Below, in pieces: positions 27,798 through 40,545 of a stretch of DNA of 64,000 nucleotides. Position 1 is the first letter of the stretch; the number at the start of each line of letters is the position of its first letter. A program made the translations under genes and the position numbers. Location: the NCBI GenBank assembly GCA_013265495.1, contig MU058584.1:5028508-5092507 (forward strand). Direction: 5' to 3'. The notes beneath the pieces are model-generated. The model made no database searches, was not told the origin of the DNA, and worked only from the letters and a program-made list of their open reading frames with translations. The DNA comes from Vicugna vicugna (Eukaryota).

Positions 27798-28240
27798 GTT
27801 TAACTGTGAAACATTTTAATATGTGCTGAGGCAGAATCCACATAAGGCAACACTACATTAGGCTAAATCCAATTGCGAAAACTACTTGGAAATTATTAGA
27901 CTAGATTATTAGTTTTTAAGTTTTTGCTGATCTACCTCCAGATTATTTGGATAGTTAAATACATTGGGAATAAGGTGAGAAAGAGAGGCTTGCCTTTTTT
28001 TTTAAATCATAAACTTTTAAGTTTCAAAGGGGGACAAAAGTCAACCAACACTTTCTTTAATTAGCATTCTCTACTGCTTCATTTTTGGTCGTAACCAGAG
28101 GCCTCCTGTTCAAGTGAACAGCTTGTCTGCAAAGCATCTCTTTTGAGAAGATTGTTGTTCAATCAATTTCTGGAATGCCCTGGGGTAGTAGTTAGTATAG
28201 ATATATATTATCACACTCATTTTAAAAAAGGGAGTAGATA

Positions 28241-28748
28241 ATGGATAATGAAGATGTGGTACACACGTACGTACGTACACACACACACTCTATAGAAAAT
28301 TACTCAGCCATAAAAAAGAATGAAATAATGCTATTTGCAGCAACATGGATGGACCTAGAGATTATCATATTAAGTGAAGTAACTCATACAGAGAAAGACA
28401 AATATCATATGGTATCACTTACATGTGGAATCTGAAAAAAGATAAAAATTTTATTTACAAACGAGAAATAGACTCACAGACATAGAAAACAAACCATGGT
28501 TACAAAAGGGGAAAGAGGGGAGGAGGGATAAATTAGGAGTTTGGGGTTAACAGACACACATTATTATACATAAAACAGATAAATAACAAGGACCTCCTCT
28601 ATAGCACAGGGAACGGTATTCAATTTCTTGTAATAAGCTACAAGAGAAAAGAATCTTAAAAAATCATATATATACAAATGAAATGCTTTGCTGTACACCT
28701 GAAACTAACATTGTAACTCAACTATACTTCAACAAAAAATAAAATTTT
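28241..28748 (+). mobile_element. 5'-truncated L1 (ORF2 C-terminus plus 3' UTR) with TSD
   Basis: ENYSAIKKNEIMLFAATWMDLEIIILSEV is the L1 ORF2 end. Flanking direct repeat attttaaaaaagggagtag(a/g)ta at 28219-28240 and 28744-28765. Confidence 0.9.
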
Positions 28749-28789
28749 AAAAAAGGGAGTAGGTAAAAAAATTAACAAATAATAAATAA

Positions 28790-28900
28790 ATAAAAAGAAT
28801 ATATATATGTGTGTAACTGAATCACTATGCTGTACACCAGAAACTAACACAACATTGTTAATCAATTGTACTTCCATTAAAAATAATAATAATAAAAAGA
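28790..28900 (+). mobile_element. Short second L1 3'-terminal fragment
   Basis: taactgaatcactatgctgtacaccagaaactaacacaacattgttaatcaattgtacttc plus A-rich tail; same 3'-end type as 28680-28740 and 57900-57965. Confidence 0.8.
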
Positions 28901-31639
28901 AAAGGGGGTTCAGATTGAATTTAGTTAAAGAGGCCAATTTTACTCACTGTCAGGGGTTGCTTAAGAACTTTTTAAATTTTTAATAGTTAAAGGAAAGGCC
29001 TTTGAATCTCTTCCTCAACAGAAAGTGACTCAGTATACGATTTTATCAAACCCCACCTTTATTACTGACTACTGAGACTTGAACACAAAGTCAGACTTCA
29101 TAGGTCTAGCATTTATTTTTTGTGTGTCTGACCTGTCAGCACGTGGGACAACTGGACTACCTGGGGTCATCCTAGAGGCTCCACTTGCAGGCTGTGCGCT
29201 CCACTGCTGTGCACATGAACTAACAGGGCCGTGACAGCTAGTGTCGCATCCTTGACCTTATTCCACTCTGCGCGATACCAGCGAAGCGCACACCACAGAC
29301 TTCCTACCATAAAAACTGGAAGAAAAACTCAGCATTGACAAGTTACCAGAGGGCATAACTGAGGAAGCCATACTTCAGATTTCTTCAAAACAAGAATAAC
29401 CAATGTTTTCCAACCCATTCTTTTAGAGCTCAGCTCATGCTCAACATTTTAGAGAAACTTCTGGTTAATCCAATCTCTGATTCTGTTTTGCTCCTATTTT
29501 CTACACTTCCCTATTAGCACCTTATTTTAAATATCCTATTCTAATGTCCTATTATTTGTCAGCACCACATATTTAGCAATTAATAAAAAAACAGGATACT
29601 GTCTAGCATCTTGCTTCATGATAATGACCAATACAGTAACTCCTTGAGGAGTCACTGGTACGTGGCAGGTGTATACACCCTTATGACCTAGTTCAGCAGT
29701 GGGCATGGAGGAGAAATTCAACATTGGTAGACTTGATGTGTTATGGTTGGCCTACACTGTACATCCAGCTAAAAAGAGGATTCCCCTTTCTGACAGGCAA
29801 ATCATTGAGAAGTGTCTTAAATAAATAGAATCTGTTCATGATCAATCCTCTTGCAGAATAAATACTTTTCCAGGTAAGATACAAAGAATGAGAATATTCT
29901 AGGTTAGACTAATTTGCCAATCGGCTGGCATCCCCCCTAGGTGCTGCATCAGAACCTGTTTGAATTATCTTTGCAAGGATGAGAAAAAGAAAACACAGTT
30001 ATACATGAAGGAAAGCAACCTTGAAGGAACAGCTGCCCACAAAGAGCTTCTCTTGCAAAGAGCTGGGGAAATTGATCAAGTGGGACCAAATGGCTCTGTA
30101 GTCATCAGAGTGCCCTTCTCTGCAGAGAGACCCTGAGCCCTGGGGGTATGAAAAAGGATGTAGTATGTTCATGTCTATCCTCCTGGGGCATTTTGAAGAT
30201 TTATATTTCAAACAGTTCAAATACGTGTCACAACATGGGAAACAGCTCCAGCAATATCTGCGGCTTAAATTAGAAGAGGAAAGTCCCTAAGTATTTTCCA
30301 AATTGCTCTCTTGGAAATGAGTTTCCAGCTCTCTGTCCAAGCCCAGAGCTGGTCAGCAGGCGCATTTGTTCTGACTCATGTTGGCTTTCACTGGCCACGT
30401 TACATCAGGGTTGCCCTAGTCCTGTAATTGACGGGGACAGCTCCACTGGCAACGTCTCCCCTCCAGCTAAAATAACCACTTGCTTCTGTTTTCAGTACTG
30501 GATGCCTACTGTATTGTTCCTAATGCTTCGCCTGTCCAGGTTTTATTTCCTCATTGAGATGGGGAGAGCTCAGAAATGAGCAAACAGCATGGGATGCGGA
30601 GGCAGACAGATCTGCTGGGATTGAGTTTGGAACGTTGAACAAGTCACAACTTTACACCTCAATTCCCTCATGTACGTATCGCAATTTCTGTGCATAAGAA
30701 GTAAATGAGTTAACATGATAGGTGCTCAATAAATAAAAGTTATCATCATCATCATCATCATCAGGAACTGAATCAAAGTCTTTGAATTGCACTTATTTTA
30801 CATCCATCTATATTCAGTCCAATTAAATGAATTAATGAATGGAGGAATGAATGATTATTGCTAGAATACAGCAAAGGGGAGCAGACTAGAGAGAACGAAG
30901 CAACAAAGTTGGTCTTGAATTGCGAGGTTTACTTTGTTCTAAGTAGCAAGTAGGTCCTGGCCCTGGGTTAGTCAATACTTACCAGACAACCAGACACAGC
31001 TCTAAAATTTCTGCTCTTGAAGTTTGAGCACAGGGAGGGCGGCATCGCTGAGATGCAGGCACCAAATACATTTCTAAATTATAATTATGGCACAGTAATT
31101 GCAAAAGCCACCCCACTGATGAAAGGCATGATTGATTTCACTCAAGCTCAGAGGGGCTCTTGTCCCACAAAATGAGTGCTTTGTGCATCATGCGGTGCCA
31201 GGCAATGGTTGTTCCAGGGCACCTCAACTCAATGCAAGCTGCTTTAAAACATAACATCCAGTCCCATTTTCTCAAAGTACGGGTGTCTCCACCTCTGTAA
31301 CAAAGCTTCCAACCCACTCAGAGGAACCAGTGTAGAAGCTGCCCTTCCCACCAGGCCTCTCAGACCAGTGATGCAGCAGGTGTCTGGGCAGGGATGGGGC
31401 TGACAGACGCCACCGTTGAGGGCCTTATGAGGTCATTTTTGTCCTACCACGATTTCATGGGGCTCGGCTGTGCAAACACTATCCGTCTTGTATTAAAATC
31501 TGAACAGTGAGAGTGGGAGTTAAAGATCAGCTTTGCTGGAGTGCTTTGGGGGTGAAGAGAGAAGAATTTTCGGGATTAACTGATTTTGTAGGTTCTGTTG
31601 TTAGCTAGAGCTATCTAGGAATTAAGAAAAAACCTTCTC

Positions 31640-32051
31640 CAAAGGGAACCTTGCTACACTGCTGGTGGGAATGTAGTCTGGTGCAGCCATTATGGAAAAT
31701 AGTATGAAGATTCCTCCAAAAACTAAATATAGACTTACCAAATGATCCAGCAATCCCACTCCTGGGCATGTACCTGGAGGGAACTCTAATTCGAAAAGAT
31801 ACATGCACCCCAATGTTCACAGCAGCACTATTTACAATAGCCAAGATATGGAAACAGCCTAAACGTCCATCGACAGATGACTGGATAAAGAAGTTGTGGT
31901 ATATTTATACAGTGGAATACTACTTGGGGATAAAAAAGAATAAAATAATGCCATTTTGCAGCAACATGGATGGACATGGAGATTGTTATTCTAAGTGAAG
32001 TAAGACAGAAAGAGAAAGAAAATACTATATGATAGCACTCATATATGGAAT

Positions 32052-32126
<75 letters not shown>

Positions 32127-32141
32127 GAAGGAAGAAAGAAA

Positions 32142-32203
<62 letters not shown>

Positions 32204-32580
32204 AAAAAGAAAGAAAGAGAAAAAAGAAAGAAAGAGAAAGAAGGAAAGAAAGAAAGAGGACACTAATGAACTCATCTACAAAACAGAAACAGACTCACAG
32301 ACAGAGTAAATAATCTTATGGTTACTGGGGGAAAGGGGGTGGGAAGGGATAAATGTGAGAGTTTGAGATTTGCAAAAATTAACCACTATATATAAAAACA
32401 GATTAAAAAAACAAATTTCTTTTGTGTAGCACAGGGAACTATATTCTACATCTTGAAATAACTTTTCATGGAAAAGAATATGAAAATGAACATATGTATA
32501 TATGCAGGACAGGGACACTGTGCTGTGCACCAGAAATGGACATACTGTAACTGGCTGTGATTCAATTAAAAAAAAAAAAG
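31640..32580 (+). mobile_element. 5'-truncated L1 (ORF2 C-terminus plus 3' UTR)
   Basis: ORF 31768..31998 ([42 protein letters not shown]) is L1 ORF2. The 3' UTR ends in poly(A) at ~32568-32579. Confidence 0.93.
32052..32261 (+). repeat. (GAAA)n microsatellite, 210-nt pure purine tract inside the L1 3' UTR
   Basis: Read directly from sequence; no pyrimidine between 32052 and 32261. Confidence 0.97.
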
Positions 32581-35500
32581 AAAATGTCATTTACACAGAA
32601 AAGAAAAACTAAAAAATAAAAAGCACCTTAATTCCAAATCTCTTTAAAACAAAACAAAACAAAACAAAACCCTTCTCTGGCATATAACTTGAGCATCAGG
32701 GAGAGGGGGGGCCAGGCAGTGGAGAATGCAACATCTGAGACTCATAGCGTCTCAAGGCTGGAGGAAAGCTAAAAGGTCATCTATGTTGATTTTTTCGGTC
32801 AAAACACATTATTCAATGAGCCTGATGAAAGGCCATGAATCTGGAGAAGAACCACTTAGGAAAGGAAATTCATACTCAGTTCAAACCCATGAGTGGCTGG
32901 GACATGGTCTATGCCCAGACAGCCTCAGCACACTGATGGGGGACAGCGTGGTGCACGGGCGTGCAGCCGCTGGAGAGAAGGGAGTTATTTCAAACAGTCT
33001 CTGAGAGGTTGTGGCTTCCTCAGTGACATGTGCTTGTGGTTTGCAGATGGATGGACTAAGAATTCAAGCTTTCATAGATAAATAAATATGTGTAAAATTT
33101 ACATATGTATCCAATCCCAGGGGGGACTGGTTAGTGACGGCATGTCTGCATCTATCAGGAATTCACTTTCTTGCCAGAGTTCAGTGATGCTGTAATATCT
33201 CACGAGAAAATAGAGAGACTGAAGTGGGAGCAGCACCTTGGTTCCCACCAAACAAATAAATCCTGCACTCATGTGGGAGCCAGTTGGATGATATTTTTTT
33301 TTTTCCTGCACAGAGTGGTGCTAGTCCTGAATCCATGAAGGCCTGCAAGCCCAGAGGACAGCCGCTCACTTCGCTTGTTCAGAACGGGTTTGGCTCCGTG
33401 CTGCAGAATGGCCTTCAGAGCGAGAAGAGAAAAATGCCCCCACCCACACGTGTCCAGTCCCCTGGGAGGTGATTCAAGAGAATTAAAGTGATGTAAGTGA
33501 AGGTTTCAGATGACAGGGTTATCAGGAGTTCTCTCCGTGGGAAGGTGTGGGAAAACAGTTCCCACTCTGAAGGGCTATTAAAAGAATCAAATGAAATAAT
33601 GCCTGGGAACGGAGCTTTTGTCCCACTATAAAACATCATTATATCAGAGTCAAGTTTCACCACTCTTAACTGTTCATAGGGAGCCTGCAAATTTCGATTA
33701 TTCATTCGATACATTTATTAAGGGCCTACATTGTGCCAGGCAATATGCTGAGATGCTGAAGAAATAAGAACTCATTCATGCCCTAGAGGCTTCATTCAGT
33801 TTGGAAAAACATAACGTCATGACTCAGGAAATTTAAAGATGCCGCTAAAACGTCTAGACACACCACTGGGACAGCGAGTCATGCACTGCATGCCATGGTG
33901 CGCATAGCAGTCTCTCTCTGCTGCGGCTCCAAGTGTCCCTTGGAAAAAGTACCTTTTCCTTTGACAACTGCGGTAGCTCTCAGCTGTGACACTACACAAC
34001 CAGAAAGAGGTGCAGCCAGGCGAAGACTTCCTTAGAGGGACCGCTTCCAAGTTGACTTGCTGTGTCTTTCCAAATTGTTATCCTCTCTCCCCCTACCCCT
34101 TTGGTTCTACCAACCGTCAGTGACGTGGGGGGTGGGGTGGGGTGGGGAAGGGCGAGGATGCCGTGGTGAGGGAAGGTGGACAGACCATTGTAGACTAAGG
34201 CCAAGGTTAAATTTTGCTACCAGAAATTTGAACGTCCTGGGCAACTTGAAAAAAAAAAAAAGTTGCTCATCTCTATCTGTCAGTATTTAACCTGAAGACT
34301 TTGGCTCTACATACACAGCGCATACATATTCACTAGAGTCGTAGCATCTCAGCAGGGTGGGCTGCATCTAAGGGAACTTGAAAAGCCCGCTGTAAAGTGC
34401 GCGAGAGGAAGGACATCTCGCACTCGTGAGGAGCAGGAGCAGCCTGGAACCAGCCCTCAGGTGACCACTGCAAGCCTGGGGCATCATCAAAAAACTAGCA
34501 GAGTTTTGAGACAGAAGACCTGGGGTGGGGGTTGTGGGGCTTCCAGGTCTCAACATCCAAAAAAACAGGATACGCTTTAAGCCGCAATGACTAGGGCAGT
34601 GACACAGATCACAGAACTCCATAGAATCACGGGACTCTGGGAAGATTTAGAAGCTTCCCCCTTCATTCCACCTTCACCTCTGTTCACCTCCTACCTCTGC
34701 TCTTTGACAACTTTTTTTTTTAAAACCAAGTGAGCCTCAGTTTCTTGCCTGCCTTGTCACCGAAAGCCTTGCGCCCTGAGTCCACTCCGTATTGTTGTTC
34801 TGTATGGTGAGGAGCCAACTGGCCAGCGAGTGACTGTGTGACCGCCAGGCGAGGCAGGGGTGTCTCGCTCATCTTGGCAGAGACCTTGGGCCTCGCTGTG
34901 ATGAGACGTGCAGCTGCCCCAGCTCCCTCCTCATCTGCCTGGGGAGGAATGAGTCAGTACACCGCCAGCAGACTGGCCAAGTGGGCAGTTCCTTGTTCCT
35001 CTGCATAACCACCTCCTGTCACAGGTTCTGCATTCTGCGTGGTGATCTGACCCCTGACCGCGATGACCTCGGGCAGAGTCTGCTTTTGAAAGGTCTGTTA
35101 GTTGACGAGGGGGCTGGGTCTCTGTTGCAGCTGAGGGGGTGAAGGGGGCTCTGTGTGGGAATAGCCAGTGGCAATACCAGGCACATATCATCTCATTTAA
35201 CACTCACCAAATTAGGAAGTAGGCTGAAGTCATTCACTCATTCATTCATTCAACAGACGTTACTGAGTGCCTACTATGTGCTGGGCATTGTTACAGGGCT
35301 CGGGATGTACCAACACAAAGATCTCTGTCTGTGAAGAGCTTACATTCTAGGGAGAAGGTGCAGGAGTGGACGCAGATTAAACAAATAAACAAAAAGTCCT
35401 TTTAGAGTAAGTAAGTGAATTCTGCTTTCTGGCCTCCTCACCTTACTTGCATGGCCTCCAGGATCATTTATTTGAACGTTTATGCAATAATTATTAAGCA

Positions 35501-37487
35501 GACACTAGAATTCCAAGCCCTACAAAGACCAAGTTGTTCCTTACATCTTCCAGCTGCTCCCCACCTAGGTGGAGAGAGGGAACTGTACATACATAGTTAA
35601 AATGCAGCGTATTAAGCGCTGTAACAGAGGCATCCATGCAGGGCAGGAAAACAGGGCCCCTGCTCCTAGCCCTCCTGCTGCCCCTGGGCTGTCCATCCTC
35701 CCCCTTGCAGCCCTGCTCTGGGCTGACTTCTCCTCCACCCCTTCTCCTGCACCTGCTCCCTGGGCCATCTGGTGTCCCTCATCCCTGACACATTCCTCTG
35801 GAGCCTGACCAAGGGGAAGTCTTGCTGAAATGGTAATGGATTTCTTGACCGAGGACTAGTTTGTTGTTTATTTCCTCAGATAATTGATTTGTATTTTAAC
35901 TTGCTTTTAATGCCTAGCAACAAAGGGAGGCTGGTGTCACTGTGGGAGGGCCATTCGCAGACTGGGGAAGGGAAGACTGGGGATGGCCCAGTTTCTCAGG
36001 TCACAGCTGGCAGGCTCCTACTGACTCCCAACTCCCGCCACGGCTCAGTCATCTTTAGAAACTTCCTCCTTTCTTTGCAAACAGTCTGGGCATCTGGATC
36101 ATCCTTTACAAAAGCACCTTTGGAGTCAAAGGTGTTTATGGCTCTACAAAGCCTCAAAGATTTTTCAGTCCCGTGGGTTTCAGCTTAGGATCCAGGATGT
36201 CCACTAGTGGCCTTCAGGGAGCTTGAGGGCTCCTGAAATTCTATGTAAACTTCTGTGTAAATATGCTTAAATGCATTTTCTTTTTCTTGAATATGAGACC
36301 TCTAGCTTTCATCAGGTTTTTAAACATCTCACAGATCCAGAAAAGGTGGTCCTCATTGTTAAGTGATGGACTTGAGACTCTACAGAGAAATAAAGTGACT
36401 TTCTAGAGAAGGCACAGTTACAGTGGGAAGAAGAGGAAGGAAGAGGAGAAAGAGAGAGGGAGAGAGGGCAGGGGTCAGTACAGAGCTCTGAACTCAGGTT
36501 TCTGCTGCCCACATCAGGGCTCCTTCCACCCTACCCCAGAAGATGAGAGCTTTAGGTATTTGATTCAGGACCTGTCAGAGTTGGATCCTACACCCCAGTC
36601 ATGCCTGTTCACCTGCTGCAGTAGAGTGGGAACAGCCTTATGGAGGCTGTTTGGAGACCTGGACAAGGTCCCTGCCCCATCAGATAGCTACTGATACCCA
36701 CTGACCTTGAGCTCTGATTTTACTATTTATCACTGCTTCAAACAGAAGCAAAGCCGCCAGTCCCCAGAGACATGGTGCCTCCCTTGGGCATCTGTGGAGT
36801 AATGGTGTCTGGTTGGCAGAGGGTAAGTATAACCCACAAGGTTGCCCTTCCAAGCGTCACACTGCAGAGAGTAAGCTACATCACTTGAGTGAGCCAACCT
36901 TCAAATGTTGGCACTTTCGGATCCCTTTGTCCAAAGTAGAAATGCTTGGCTTGTGCGCAGACTGAAGAGCTTGGGACCAGTTGTACTGCCAACATCCAGT
37001 GTCAGTTATCAGGGTAAATAACCATATAGACATTCTCCCATTCAACTCAAAGGCCAGCTCAGGGGATATCTGGCATCAGCCCAGTGGGCAGGAAAGGAGC
37101 AAAATTCCACAGCATGGAATTACAAAGTGATCTAGAAAACACAGATCTCTTTTCCAGTCTATAACTATATGCTACGTTTGCCACTGTGACCTGGAACAGA
37201 GTTGGCTTCTGCCAAAGAAGGCCTGCAGGAAAACACAGGTTCCCAGATAGGTCCAGTAGCCTTGGATGCAACGAGAAGTTAGTGTGAGAGAGGGGAAAGA
37301 GCACTGGAACGGGAGTCAGCAGACCTCAGCGTAGAGGAGAAGCCCCATGAAACTGCTGGGTGGTTCTGGACAAGCCACTTCCTTGCTCTGTTGTTCTGTT
37401 TGTTTCCTCTTCTGTCAAAAGAGGGGTGTAGGAGCACTGGGTTGATGATCTGTAAGGTTCCTCCCAGAGGGACTATTATTCTAGCCT

Positions 37488-37517
37488 TTCATTCATTCAT
37501 TCATTCATTCATTCATT
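37488..37517. repeat. (TTCA)n microsatellite, probably L2-tail derived
   Basis: ttcattcattca... about 7.5 units, ~140 nt from the exon 2 donor. Confidence 0.9.
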
Positions 37518-37657
37518 CCCTTGAATATGCTAGCTGCTGCATTTCAAATCTGTGACAGCCCAGACTTATCTGTAGCCAGAAACATGCACCAGGGCACCCC
37601 CCAAGCTCTCCTCCAGCCCCAGGAGCTCTGAGGGGCTGCGTGTGACTGCCAAGCTCA

Positions 37658-37879
<222 letters not shown>

Positions 37880-40309
37880 TCAGGTTCCTCTTTCACTGAC
37901 CTAGATTCCTAACAATTTATTCCATTCGTATGCAAATGATAAAGGCTTTGTTTTATTGGTAGAAATGGCACGCGCTCGCCATTAAAATTCAAATGATCCA
38001 GGATCTTTCCAGGGAAGGAAATGTGGGGAACTCTGCTCTTGAATATCTTGTTAGACGGAAAGAATGCATAAATGGATGGCTATAGAGACACTGAGAATTT
38101 TACAAATGCAAGACTGTATTATTCATGCTGTTTAAAATAAAAGATAATATAATTCACTGCACTTGAATTCAAAATAAAAAGAAGACAAACACGATGGATC
38201 GGTGAATTTCAAATAAACATTTCTTCGGCTGAAAAGAAGAGCCCTGGCAACTGAACACAAGGATGCTCGTTCATCCTACCCCTAAAAAGGATGTAAAGCC
38301 CGGCTGGGCACAGCGGTTTGCGCAGGGTGACCCAGAGGGGTAGCGGGGACCGCAACCCCAGATCCAGCAATCTTTCTACTGCCCACCAGACTGCAAGTTC
38401 CGCAGGGTCAGGGAGCGTGTTGGTCAAAATTCTATCCCCAGTGCCCACTGCGGCTCCTGGCATATAAAGACACTCCTTGCAGAGTGGTGACTCGCTCCCT
38501 GAACTCCCTAAACACCACTAAGGGCCCCTTTCCTGCCCTAGCTACTCAGTTCTAATTCTTCCAGTCCACAGACCCTCCCTGCAGTTGCATGAATTTTCGC
38601 TCTTTCATTCTGTCTGGGCTGCTGTTGGTCTAGGAATTAGCTCCAAAGCACCTCCCGCAGAGTTGCCTTAGCACAGTATTATTTCCTCCTTTGCTCCACC
38701 TCCCGTACTGCGGCCTCCCAGTGCTGCCCCACATCCCACCAGTGCCTTACGGCTTAGCTGCCTTGTGCTGTGATGAAGAGGAGGCTGTTCTCCACCTGGC
38801 CGCAGTGGGCTCACACCTTACGTGGAGGAGTGAGAGCTTTCACAAGCCCTTCCAAAACAGGTCTTTAGCGACCTCCATTTCTTGGTGTCTTTTACCCACC
38901 TGGCCACTGATCATGTTCACTCTTATGAGCGAGCAGAACAGACAGTTGTCTCTGTGTCATGGCCTGACAGCTGCTGGAATACAGCCCTGCTTTCCACGTA
39001 AAGATAAGTTGCCACAAAATATAACAGATAAAATTAGAATAAGTATGCTGGGCTGATGTAGGTGAGAGAGACCTTGCAGACACACAACTATAAAACTATC
39101 AGTGACTGAATTTCATTTTATTCTTTTTAATTACTGGAAATGATCTTCTGGATCTGCCAAAACTAGATACTAAATATGTTTCATGCTTGTACTTTTCATT
39201 CATTTATTATTCACTTATTCATTCCTGCAAATATATGTATATATATTCAAATATGTGTTTATTTATTCACCCATCCACTCGGCATTGTACTCCACTACCA
39301 TTCTGTATCAATCACCATGCTTCTGTGTTGAGAAAGAATTGAGAGATGGGCTTGGTACCTGGTCATCATGCAAATTAGCCTGAATTCCCTGCTCCCAGGA
39401 CCTGTAAGAAGCTCTGATGGACCTTAGAGAGCTCAGCTATAGGAGACTGATCATGCAAATTAAGATGTAAATTGAGACCCAGACGCTTTGATGACCTAGC
39501 CTTTGCTCTACCGTTCTCCATCTCATCAGGAGTTTTACCACTTTGGAAAACACCTGGTGCATTTCAGGAAGCCACATGGTTGGAATGGATGACTAGGGTC
39601 TGAAGGGTAACACTGGGGGCTGATCGTCCAGCGTGGTTTATCCTATCCTAATTCTGGCAATGTTAGTGAGAGCCAGCTTCAACAGAAAGCTCTAAGTGTT
39701 GTAAACGAAGCTCACATGTATGCAAGGAGAGATGGTGCAGGAGACTGGTGCTCTTTGTCATCTTCCTCCTTACCATCACTAAAATTCTGCCTTCCTCCAA
39801 AACGGCCCTTTCAGAACTGAGCCAGCCTGTAGTTTCCCTGGAGCTGTTGTTCCATTGTTTTGGTTTATCCTGTGCACTTAGAACAGGGGCAGCATTCCCG
39901 TGGTGGTAAGTTCCCATAAGCAAAAATAAATGCAGCAAGATAAGGCGACCTGTTTCATGGGGTACCAGTTCTGAAGGCCATCCAAGTTCCATGAATTCTC
40001 TGCCGGCTGTCAGCCAGGCAGCTGGCTCCACAGTCTTGTATGGGAAGTGTGTGTGTCACTCTCTCACACACCACCTCAGATAACACTGCCCGGTGAAGAT
40101 TATTTGGACATTGCAGGTCCAAGGCCTGAAAGCATCTGATGAAAATTAGATAACCACGTAGAACTCACTTCCCTAAGCTTTCTGTCCCACTGCCTTCATA
40201 TTTTGGTAGAATGAGCCTGCACTGGAGTTTGGTAGTGTATGTGGCCAACACAATGAGATTATTCCTTTTAGAACTGGATTTTTGGGTATGTTTGGGTATA
40301 CGTGGGTGC

Positions 40310-40545
40310 AGTATAGCAGGGTGGCTAAGAGCACAGCCTATGCTGCTGGATTGGTGCTCCAACCACTCCTGACTGAGTCACCTTTGACAGGCTTCACATC
40401 CTCAAATGGTCTCAGTTTCCTCATCTGTAAAATGGGCATAACAACAGTATGAACTTATTTAAGTTATTGTGAAGATCGAATAAGTCAATGTACATACAAC
40501 TCTGGGAATAGTGTCTTTTAATGCTTAATAAATTACTTATTCTTG
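40310..40545 (+). mobile_element. MIR (representative; many further MIR/L2 relics occur, e.g. ~5370-5560, 8265-8470, 19110-19290, 44070-44430, 60330-60490)
   Basis: MIR core tctcagtttcctcatctgtaaaatgggcataacaacag. Confidence 0.8.

Noticed and set aside
29310..29400. Protein-like reading LEEKLSIDKLPEGITEEAILQISSKQE
   Set aside because: Bounded by stops on both sides, no splice signals and no family recognised; treated as chance.
32029..32313. K/E/R-rich and F/L/S-rich ORFs
   Set aside because: These are translations of the (GAAA)n microsatellite.
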